A stretch of 64,000 nucleotides of DNA from Octopus bimaculoides. Lineage: Eukaryota. The translations under genes and the position numbers were made by a program. Positions 12,570 to 22,912 of this stretch are shown one piece after another. A model generated the notes under the pieces. That model worked only from the letters and a program-made list of their open reading frames with translations, did not search any database and was not told the DNA's origin. Position 1 is the first letter of the stretch. The number at the start of each line of letters is the position of its first letter. Location of the stretch: NCBI RefSeq assembly GCF_001194135.2, contig NC_068989.1:75135054-75199053 (forward strand), in the 5' to 3' direction.

Positions 12570-13105
12570 GGGGCTACACAGACATAAGATTAGAATGTGC
12601 TGGTTTGGTCATGTGATGTGTATGGATGAGGACAGCTCAAACTCTAATTGTGGAGGGTACATGTGAAAGGGGTAGACCCAGGAAGATGTAGGACAAAGTG
12701 GTGAGAAAGAATCTTTGGATGCTAGGCCTCACTCAAGAAATGACAAGGGACCAGGAAAATGTGGTAATTTGCTGTACTTGATAAGGCGCTTCAAGCTAAG
12801 TAAAATCACAGTCTTGCACACATACAGGCTTGTCCTTCCAGGTGCCAGTGCCACTTAAAAAGCTCTGTGCCAGTGCTGCCTTAACTTGCCCATGATGGTG
12901 ACATGTAAAAAGTACCCAGCACACTCAATTAGTGGTTGGCATTGGGAAGGGCATCCAGCTGTAGAAACCATGCCACAACAGACTGTTGGAGTTCGGACAG
13001 TTCCCTGCTAACTAGCTTCATGTCTAACCCATGCCAGCGTGGAGACTGGACACTAAATGATGATGATGATGACAACGACGGTGATGATGATGATGATGAT
13101 GCTAT
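12570..13105 (+). mobile_element. 5'-truncated RTE LINE 3' end (RLxWFGHV region + 3'UTR + (GAT)n tail)
   Basis: tgctggtttggtcatgtg and ggtagacccaggaag motifs shared with 21340-21600; the tail ends in atgatgatg. Confidence 0.75.
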
Positions 13106-13619
13106 GTAAATGACAAGAGAACAAGAAATTGTGTAATAAACTTTATTAGCTTACAGTTGTTTCTGCTGAAAGATGTAATGCACAAGCACTCATCTTTGAG
13201 TTAATTGCATCTTTTGCAGAAACAGCTATGAGCTAATGAAGTTCATTGTATAATTTCTTCTTCCCTTGTCATTTATATAATTTCTTATTACTGCTCTGTA
13301 CTCAACTAAAACTTTTCTCTGCAGTATATTGTATTACACCTGGATCTACTATCAGTAAACCTAAACAAAATATTCATAATGACAGTGCTTTCTTTGAACT
13401 ATTCTTTTCCTTTATTCTGAATCTTTCCTCTTTCTGATGAAAAGCCATGCTTGAAACATTACATTCTCTCCTTTTTACATTTTAAACTTTTCCTGAATGT
13501 CAGTCTATTACAAAGGTTCTCAACCCATCTTAGCCAAAGGCTCCCTTTTGACCCTTAGAGTTACAAATGCCCCGCCTCCCACTACAAAATATTTTTATTT
13601 TTCAATATACTATTTTTTT

Positions 13620-13988
13620 GGATCTAGTTTGTATCATTCACAAAATCTGCATTTTTTAAAAAGAAGTAAAAAACTGAAAATTGGTTATATTGATGTAGTT
13701 TTCCATGCTTATTCTTGTGAAGCCATGAACTTCTGGAGGAAAAAATTTGATGAAAAAGTTACAGACATTTAAAAATCGAAAAAACTGCCTGTTTTTAGCC
13801 AATATTGAGACAGAAATTTTCTGTGTTGTAGCAGCATCAACTTAGTGGTGTCGACTTTTAGGTTGTACCCTGTGAAATTTATACTTTAACATGCAACTTG
13901 AATACTGCATAACACATAAAGGATCAATTTTCAAAATTTTTACTTCCTTTTAAAAATGCAGATTTTGTGAGTGAAACAGTTTAGATCC
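13620..13988. mobile_element. MITE-like element with TIRs of about 65 bp
   Basis: ggatctagtttgtatcattcacaaaatctgcattttt...gaaaattg versus caattttc...aaaaatgcagattttgtgagtgaaacagtttagatcc. Confidence 0.75.
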
Positions 13989-14960
13989 AGCATAAATTAT
14001 GTATACATACATTCATATAATATATTTGGACACTTTGACAAGAACTGGAGACTGGGCCAAGCTATAGATTATGTATACATACACTCATATGTGTGTCTGT
14101 GTGTTTGCTAGTGTCTGTTTTTCTTTAGTTTTTGTTTACTTATACACATCAACAAATGAGCCAATGAGGTACTCTCTGTGTAGTAGTTAAATTTGCTAGA
14201 AATAACGGCCAAATCTCCCTCATACTATGCTCTTCTTAGTATTAAGGAAAGGGAAAAAAATGTTTACTCCTCTCTATCGTTTTGATTAAAATTAATATTT
14301 TTGATTTTGTTTGGCTCTATGAATTTATTATTATTTTTTTTAATGCTTCCATCTGTTGCTTAATACAAAAAAAGAGAAATTGGAAAATCCTGACCAAAAC
14401 AGAGAAATTCTAACTTAACAAAAAATATAGAAAGAGAAAGAAAAGGTTCTGTTTTCCAAAGCTAAAATATGTGTCTTTAGCTGAGGTGTAATTTTATAAT
14501 TAAAACAAATTCAAAATTTTAATTTTGGAACATAATAAGACTTGCCACATTATCTGGTAATATGGCTGCTGTTCAAATGGGTACAAAACCTAAAACAAAT
14601 GCATGTGTGAGGTTGGGCCTTTAATAGCCAGGGGTCAATTTAAGATCAATCACAGAAAGGAATTCAAAACAGCAACACATACAATCATACCCATACATAC
14701 ACACACATACACAAGTGCATACCTATCAGCCACTTCCAAAAGCCAGTTTCATCCAAAATTCTGACCACCATTCTTTACAACACAAAAAACACACATTCAG
14801 CTTTTTGCTTTTATTCATTGCTTTTTTTTCTTTTGGTTGTCTGTCGCTATTCATCTGTTTTTAGTTTTTGTTTTGGGGGTTTTACTTTAGTGACACCAGT
14901 TACACATAGCATCAGGAATTTGCTTGGTGTTGCCAAAGTGTTTTAAAGTTTTTGAAGGGT

Positions 14961-15072
14961 TTTAGGGTTGGGGTTATGAGTATTTTTGCCAAATTTGTTG
15001 AAAAATTTGTGGCGTTGTATTGAACAGATTTTCACCAAATTTGGCAAAAATATTCATAGCCCGAACCCTAAA
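14961..15072. repeat. Inverted repeat with 44-bp arms (40/44 complementary) and a 24-nt loop
   Basis: Arms compared base by base. Confidence 0.9.
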
Positions 15073-15873
15073 GCTAAAACCAATATAAACACACGAACGA
15101 TGTCATAAATAACAGTACCGCCGATAGTTGTTGTTGACAAACAACGGCACTAATTTTATTCAAGGGAAAAGGTCCCATTACACCGCCACAACGTGTTGTT
15201 GACAAACCACAGCAGTAATTGTTTTCGCCTTGTCAGTGATTGGTTGAAATTACTGAAATACGACAACTTTTAACATGAAATAACTTCGAATATAAAAATT
15301 TTTCTCTGTTCTATAACATAAAATATACAAGTATATGAAGTTTTAAAGCGTTTCAGTAGAAAACAAACTAAATAAAAAATGGTGTCCGCTAAATCAAAAA
15401 GATCTCCATTTTGTATTAATTGTATGCCAGTTGTTGTTTGACTGTCCCTTATCCATATGCAAAGGTATGATCTCCTATCCCCTTAAGGGTTGAATTTAGA
15501 ACAATTAATCCTTTGAACACAACAATGCCTACTTCTGAAATTTATCACCAACTTATTTCAGTATTCATTTGAAGAGCAAGGTATTCTCTATAGAATGAAC
15601 TGACAGCAGAGAGTAAAATAGTTACTGTTCCTTGTGTTGTATGTATTATTTACATTTATTGAGGGTTGTGGTCCATACATGTAAAACTTGATAAGTAAAA
15701 CTAACAACCAAGGATTTTATTACTACAGCAGTGAGTCAGCATGGAAATATATATGTTTTGTTCTTATATGATGGTTGTTGTGATACATACATCACACACA
15801 CCCCCACATGTATGCATATATACATGTACATACATAAAAGCACACAGGCATATACATATATGTATATATAAAG

Positions 15874-16105
15874 GCGGTGAGCTGGCAGAAACGTTAGCAT
15901 GCTGGGCGAAATGCTTAGCGGTATTTCATCTGTCTTTACGTTCTGAGTCCAAATTCCGCTGAGGTTGACTTTGACTTTCATCCTTTTGGGGGTCGATAAA
16001 TTAAGTACCAGTTACACGCTGGTGTCGATGTAATCAACTTAATCCCTTTGTCTGTCCTTGTTTGTCCCCTCTATGTTTAGCCCCTTGTGGGTAATAAAGA
16101 AATAA
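15874..16105 (+). mobile_element. SINE family B, full length
   Basis: ggcggtgagctggcagaaacgttagc head through the gtaataaagaaataag tail. Confidence 0.85.
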
Positions 16106-16140
16106 GATGTATACATATACACACACACACACACACACAG

Positions 16141-16193
<53 letters not shown>

Positions 16194-16599
16194 GATTACA
16201 GAAAATTGAAAAGGCAAATTTTGGGCAGTCAAACAGATTCCCAAACACATAAATGAAAACATTCAATCAAAGTTGCTGAATCATATATATTTATACACAT
16301 CACCATAAATCATGCATGAACAGGCATGAAGATTTTCCAAGAGTATAAAGAATAAAACCAAACATGCATAAAAATATAGGAGAGATATAAAACTATATAA
16401 AATTACATATAAATAAAAATTATATGTGAGGAGTTAAGCATGATAAATATAGGAGGTGCAAAACGAATGATAGTTTGATAAATATAGGAATAAAAGTGTC
16501 AATTTTAAAATGGCAAACCGCCTAAATCATCTAAAACTCACTTATACATAGTTATAAGATAGAGATTACACTCGATTTGAAGGTTAAAAAATTCATTAA

Positions 16600-17300
16600 A
16601 GTTTAATTATTATTATTTGTTACATTAGTATTTGGGGTCGTTATCTTAACTTTACCCTTATTTCTGTTAGTACGTAGTGTTAGTTCTAAAGCATTATTAT
16701 TAGTTGCACTATTGTTGTTCTTATTACTAGCTATACCCTTAATTTCATTAATATGTAGTCCTACCCCTAAGTTATTATTAGCTACACTATTGTTGTCCTT
16801 ATTCATTATATGTTTAATTTTACCCCTATTTATAGAAGCTGTTATTGTTCCTAAGTTAGGCATTACTGAGTACAAGAATTTTACAGTAGATTTATTGCAA
16901 ATGGCATGGTATTTGTGATGCTTTAGGAAGTTAGATTGTAGACTATCAAAGAACAATCTAGGTAGATTTGTAACCCTAAGTGAGAAAGGAGGGGCAAACC
17001 AAATAACTTCACGTATTCTGTATTTAGAATTTCTATTTGTATAAGAAGTCTCAGGAGTGGGAGGTTTATATTTATGATTTCTCGGTTTAAAGGCAGGGCT
17101 GCTGCTTCCTTATCCTGCCTGTCCAAGCGTGCACTTGCTTTGAAACGGCTACTACAGACTGTGGCCAGAAAGGGGTCTCACGGAGTAGCGTCCCTGCCTG
17201 CCTTCCTGAACTAGTATTCCACCAAATTTCTTAAAAATCATGGTAGAGACCTTGGTCTCAGGACCACTCATGTTATGACCAAGCTTAAATACTATTGGAA
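16600..17300 (-). mobile_element. Penelope-like element remnant (RT C-terminus/linker)
   Basis: Frame reads IREVIWFAPPFSLRVTNLPRLFFDSLQSNFLKHHKYHAICNKSTVKFLYSVMPNL, matching the PLE motif RNIIWFNPPFS...HKIFNRNTVKxSYSCMPN. Confidence 0.8.
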
Positions 17301-17466
17301 CTTACTCACAAGGTACAGGAATCTTATCTATATACCATTCTGCTTAAATAATGGAACTGCAGATACAATATCCCTGCATATCTCACATCTATTTTCATTC
17401 CTCCACTTCACTCTCTATTTCATATCTTATCTAGAAAAAACTATTGCTTAACCATTTTCTCACACC

Positions 17467-17514
17467 GTCTCCAACGAAGGGATATATAAAATATCCTGGA
17501 AACAGCTGTGAGAC
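17467..17514 (+). ncRNA. Degenerate minimal type-I hammerhead ribozyme of Penelope type
   Basis: Stem I gtct/agac; core CCAACGA (consensus CUGANGA); stem II ggatat/atatcc; GAAA; palindromic stem III ACAGCTGT; cleavage triplet position G (should be A/C/U). Confidence 0.5.
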
Positions 17515-17939
17515 CTTCTATTTATAAATGTTCTGAAATCTCATTCTGTTAATTTATATATATATATATATATATATATAAACAATATTATTAAAATTAA
17601 TAATAATATCTCTGAAAATATGTGTCAACACAACATTATCAAGGTAATCCAGATTGGTGAAATTCCAACTGAACATCTGAAAAAATTTTAGCTGTTAATA
17701 AACGCTAACAAAAAGAAACGCCTAAATTAAATTTAACTTAAGACATTCATTCATTCAACCAATAGTGATGTCATTGAGTAACTACTTTACTGTATAAAAA
17801 TAAAAGATAAAATAATACCATACTAATTCTATATTTTTTTAACAATTTGAAATCTACATAGAAAAATAATCTAGAAAAATAATCTAAAAAAAATTACCTA
17901 AAAATGAGTATTTTTATATACAATTATTGATGCTGTTGC

Positions 17940-18720
17940 TGGGTAAGTAAAGAATAAAACTACAGACAAGAATTCTATGATATGCTTAATAGATAAGTAA
18001 AGAATAAAAGCTACAGATAATAATTCTACGTAATGCTTAATAGAAACTCAGATACTTTTGCATCGCAATAATTAATTACCTAATTTTTTAATATATTAAA
18101 CTCTTTTAAAGGAATTAATCTTATTATATAATAAATGAAAAATTATTAAAACTGATAATATATATAATTGTTGATGACTTCACTGGATAACTAAGGAATA
18201 AAAATTACAGATAAGATAATTAAATACCTATGTAGTATATTAAACATTTTATAGGAATTAAACTTATATAATAATTCAAAAATATTTCAATTATTAATTA
18301 TGATAATTTTAAAAATATTATATAATAAGGATAAGGTGTTTAGCTGGCAGAGTTGTTAGCACGCTGGGCGAAATGCTTAGTGGTATTTCGTCTATCTTTA
18401 GGTTCTGAGTTCCAATTCCACCGGAGTCAACTTTGCCTTTCATCCTTTCAGGGTTGATAAATTAAGTACCAGTTGCGTACTAGGGGGCGATCTAATCGGC
18501 GGGCCTCCTCCCCCCAAATTTCAGGCTTTGTGCTTATAGTAGAAAGGATTATATAATAAGGTTATTCCTATTAAAGTGCTTAATATAATGAGTAAATTAT
18601 TAATTATTGTGGTGTAAAGTATCTAAGCTTCTATTGAGCAGAATGTAGAATTCTTCTCTGTAATAAGTTATCCAGTGAAGTCATCAATAATTATATATGT
18701 TATTAATTAGAATAATTTTT
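17940..18720. repeat. AT-rich foldback-like element with tandem and inverted subrepeats, interrupted by SINE B (18331-18547)
   Basis: 18023-18130 is the inverted match of 18548-18655, and 18155-18192 of 18663-18701. The SINE is flanked by the 14-bp TSD attatataataagg. Confidence 0.7.
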
Positions 18721-18744
18721 CAATTATTATATAATATCGCTTTA

Positions 18745-19045
18745 CTGGCACTTGTGCCGGTGGCATGTGAACAAAACATTGGCTGACTCCTGTGCAGGTG
18801 GCACATAAAAAACATCATTTGAGCGTAGCCGTTGCCAGTACCGCCGGACTGGCCCTTGTGCCGGTGGCACATAAAAAGCACCCACTACACTCTCAGAGTG
18901 TTTGGCATTAGGAAGTGCATCCAGCTTTAGAAACTTTGCCAGATCAAATTGGAGTCTGGTATAGCCATCTACTTTGCCAGTCCCCAGTCAAATCATCCAA
19001 CCCATGCTAGCATGGAAAGCGGATGTTAAATGAGGATGATGATGA
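18745..19045 (+). mobile_element. RTE 3'UTR/tail element
   Basis: ggcacataaaaagcacccactacac...aacccatgctagcatggaaagcggatgttaaatgaggatgatg. Confidence 0.8.
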
Positions 19046-19149
19046 AAGTTAATTCTTATAAAAGGTTTAATATAACAAATAAATAGGTATTCAATTATTT
19101 CATCTGTCATTTTTATTCTTTAGTTATCCAATGAATTTCAGTTGGAATT

Positions 19150-20815
19150 TCACCAATTTGGATTACCTTGATAATATCATGTTGACATATATCTTCAACT
19201 GCTAGGATGTGACACTTTTTCATGCATCTGTCCTCATCCATTCTTAACACATGACCATACCAGCACAGTTGTCTGTCTCTCTTGCACACCACATCTGAGT
19301 CTTCTAGTCCAACTTTTCTTTCAGGGCGCTTACACTCTGTCAGATGTGTAATGCACACTAAATTTACATATCCAGTGGAGCATAATGGCTTCATTCCTTG
19401 CAAGCTTATGCATGCCCTCAGCAGTCACAGCCCATGTTTCACTGCCATGTAGCATGCTGTTCGTACACATGTGTCATACAGTCTGCCTTTTACTCTGAGT
19501 GAGAGGCCCTTTGTCACCAGCAGAGGTAGGAGCTCTCTAAACTTTGTCCAGGCTATTCTTATTGTAGCAGCTACATTTTCAGAGTATCCACTCCCGCTAC
19601 TGACTTGGTCACCTAGGTAACAGAAGCTATCAACTACTTGTAGTTTTTCTCCCTGAAATGTGACAGAAGCTGTTCTCTGCACATTTTCAATGTATTTTGC
19701 TCCTGAGCATTTGCCACATACAAAAACTATCTTGCTAGTTAGCCTTCCTTTTATATTGCTGCACCTCTTAAGTGTCCATAGTTTACACTGGGTACATCTT
19801 ATGGAGTTTCTACCTACGCCTTTTCTACAGATCGAGCAGAGCCATTACCTGAAAGGATTTGTGGTTTGTCTGCCTTCCTACTTATTAAGACTTTGGTTTT
19901 ACCTAGGTTCACTCTAAGGCCCTTCGATTCTAATCCTTGTTTCTACACCTGAAATTTCTCCTCTAGTTCTGATAGTGACTCAGCAATTAAAGCTAGGTCA
20001 TCAGCATCGAGGAGCTCCCAGGGGCATCCTGTCTTGTATTCCTCTGTTATTGCCTGGAGGACTATGAAGAATAAAAGGGGGCTGAGGACTGATCCTTGAT
20101 GGACCCCTACTCTACCCGGAATTCTTCACTGTACTCATTGCCAACCCTTACCTTACTGACAGCATCCCTGTACATGGCTTGCACAGCTCTCACTAACCAT
20201 TCATCTATCCCTAATTTCCTCATTGACCACCAGATAAGGGATTGGGGAACCCTGTCAAAGGTTTTCTCCATGTCAACGAAAGCCAGGTACAGAGGTTTAT
20301 CTTTGGCTAGGTATTTCTCCTGCAGCTGTCTTACCAGAAATATAACATCAGTGGTGCTTTTCCCTGGCACGAACCCAAACTGCATTTCATCTAGGCTGAC
20401 ACTCTCCCTAATTAGTTGGGCTATGACCCTGTCTGTGCCCTACATTACCTGATCCAACAACTTGATACCTCTGTAATTATTTGAATCTAAAGCGTCACCT
20501 TTGCTTTTGTAGCAGTTGACTATGGTGCAGCTACACCAGTCATTTGGTATGATTACTTCATGTATCACCTATACAGGTGACTAGGCTATAACCGACACTG
20601 CCAGATGTTTTTAGCATCTCTGCGGTGATTCCTGATGGGCCAGGGGCTTTCCCTGTCTTGATACACGTTATTGCTTTATCTACCAAAGTACAGTCAATTC
20701 GGATAGCTGGTCCCTCTGTTGGGTCAGCATTTGGCAGACTCTCTTTCTTCCATTCATTCTCTTTTTTTAGCAACTTTTCTCCAAACCTCTCTCTTTGCAG
20801 CCTCGTTTAATGCAA
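19150..20815 (-). mobile_element. Decayed RTE-clade LINE ORF2 (reverse transcriptase and C-terminus)
   Basis: QFGFVPGKSTTDVIFLVRQLQEKY...AFVDMEKTFDRVP; GCPWELLDADDLAL (YADD box mutated); frameshifts and stops. Confidence 0.92.
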
Positions 20816-20864
20816 GTGAATCATCATCTATGCAGACACATTTTTCTCCTACGACATCATGATT

Positions 20865-21910
20865 CTCTTTCACACAGTCTTACAACATGAAATACCTCAA
20901 GTCTATGGACACATAAGAGGTGCAGCAGCATCAAAGGAAGATTAACTGAGAAGATAGCTTTCATGTGCGGTAGATGCACAATGGCAATAAAAACCACAGA
21001 TGCTCAGAAAACAGATTCCATCACACTCCAAGGGAAGAAACTAGAAGTAGGTGACCAAGTTAGCAGTGGGGGTGGATGCTCAGAGAGTGTTACCACTAGA
21101 ATAAGAATAGCCTGGGCAAAGTTTAGAAAGCTTTTACCCCTTCTGGTGACAAAGGGCCTCACGTACAGAGTGAAAGGTAGATTGTATGATGCATGTATGC
21201 GAACTGCCATGCTTCATGGCAGTGAAACATGGGCTGTGACTGCGGAGGACATGCGTAGGTTCGAAGGAAATGAAGCATGATCCACTGGATGTGTAATGTC
21301 AGTGTGCACACATGACAGAATGTAAGCGCCCTGAGAGAAATGTTGGACATAAGTAAGAAGCATCAGCTGTGGCGTGCAAGAGAGAGACGTTTGCGCTGGT
21401 ATGGTTATGTACTACGGATGGATGAGGAGAGATGTGTGAAGAAGTGCCACAACCAAACAGTTGAAGGAATCTGGGGTAGAGGTAGACCCAGGAAGACATG
21501 GGATGAGGTGGTGAAGCATGATCTTTGAACGCTGGGCCTCACAGAGGCAATGACGAAAGACCGTCATCTGGAGATACGCTGTGACTGCAAAGACTTGAGG
21601 AGACCTATTGAGTCAAGTACATCAACATCAAAATAAAAATCAAATGTAAATCGTAGTTGTGATGCCTGTGCCCGTGGCACGTAAAAAGCACCAACTGACC
21701 GTGGCCACTGCTAGCTTCCTCTGGCCTCTGGGCTGGTGGCACGTAAAAAGCACCCGCTACACTCATGGAGTGGTTGGTGTTAGGAAGAGCATCCAGCTGT
21801 AGAAACTTTGCCAGATCAGATTGAGCCTGGTGCAGCCTCCTGGCTTCCCAGACCCCGGTCGAACCGTCCAACCCATGCCAGCATGGAAAATGGACGGTAA
21901 ACGATGATGA
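20865..21910 (+). mobile_element. 5'-truncated RTE LINE 3' end with 3'UTR and (GAT)n tail
   Basis: RIRIAWAKFRKLL...LHGSETWA; RERRLRWYGYVLRMDEERCVKK...GRGRPRKTW. It is inverted relative to 19150-19800. Confidence 0.9.
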
Positions 21911-21984
21911 TGATATATATATACATGTATATATATGTATGTATATATGTATATACATGGACATACATACATATATATATGTGT

Positions 21985-22232
21985 GTGTGTGTCTGTGCTT
22001 GTACCCTGACCATCGCTTGAGAACTGATGCTGTGTTCACGTCCCTGCAACTAAGCCGCTTGGCAAAATACTTCGATAGAATAAGTACTAGGCTTACAAAG
22101 AATAAATCCTGGGATCGATTTCTTTTAATAAAACGGTGCTCCAGCATGTCCGCAGTCACATGACTGAAAGAAATAAAACAATAAAAAAACTACGCCATTT
22201 TAATCCGGAGCAACGCCGGGTTTCTGTGCTAT
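21985..22232 (+). mobile_element. SINE A 3' half fused to a Helitron-like 3' end (ccggagcaacgccgggtttctgtgcta)
   Basis: Same junction and diagnostic bases as the reverse complement of 8489-8700. Confidence 0.6.
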
Positions 22233-22339
22233 NNNNNNNNNNNNNNNNNNNNNNNNNNNNNNNNNNNNNNNNNNNNNNNNNNNNNNNNNNNNNNNNNNNN
22301 NNNNNNNNNNNNNNNNNNNNNNNNNNNNNNNNNNNNNNN

Positions 22340-22384
<45 letters not shown>

Positions 22385-22505
22385 GTATATATATATATAT
22401 AAATAATTATTTATATATTTATATATAAACCGTCCTTAACATTTTGACCTGTTACATACCATAATTAGGAATATACTGCTCGACAATATTAAAGTATAGA
22501 TACAT

Positions 22506-22547
<42 letters not shown>

Positions 22548-22769
22548 ACACACACACGTATGATGTTATGAAAATTAAAATCGATATCTTTCACTAACAG
22601 TAATAAACATACAGATGAAAAAAAAATGTAAACTGCATATCGTTGTTTCCAAAGGGAAAGTATCGAAGTCTGCTTTGACAACCCCACACATGTTTGTTAA
22701 TGAATCAACGGCCGGTGATCCATTATCATCATCATCATCATTAATAAAGATCGTCAAGAGGAGATAACT

Positions 22770-22831
22770 GCAAACGGACTAGTTGCGAACACGCGGGAAC
22801 TTGAGGTCATCCTTTTCTCACACATAACAAC
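22770..22831 (+). promoter_or_regulatory. IPO5 core promoter and 5'UTR: E2F-like CGCGGGAAC (22792-22800) and TCT-motif-like TCCTTTTC (22810-22817)
   Basis: CpG-retaining unique sequence directly upstream of the ATG. Motifs were read from the sequence; the TSS is not known. Confidence 0.5.
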
Positions 22832-22912
22832 ATGGCTGACGATCAAACACAATTCGAAACTTTGTTGGGAAATCTTCTCAGCGTGGATAAAGACATTCGG
22901 ACACACTCCGAG
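22832..22912 (+). CDS. IPO5: Importin-5 coding exon 1 (MADDQTQFETLLGNLLSVDKDIRTHSE)
   Basis: ATG in the context AACAACATGG, 81 nt, ends GAG|GTTGGT (phase 0). The translation aligns by eye to the human IPO5 N-terminus ([24 protein letters not shown]). It is too short for the ORF track. Confidence 0.93.
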
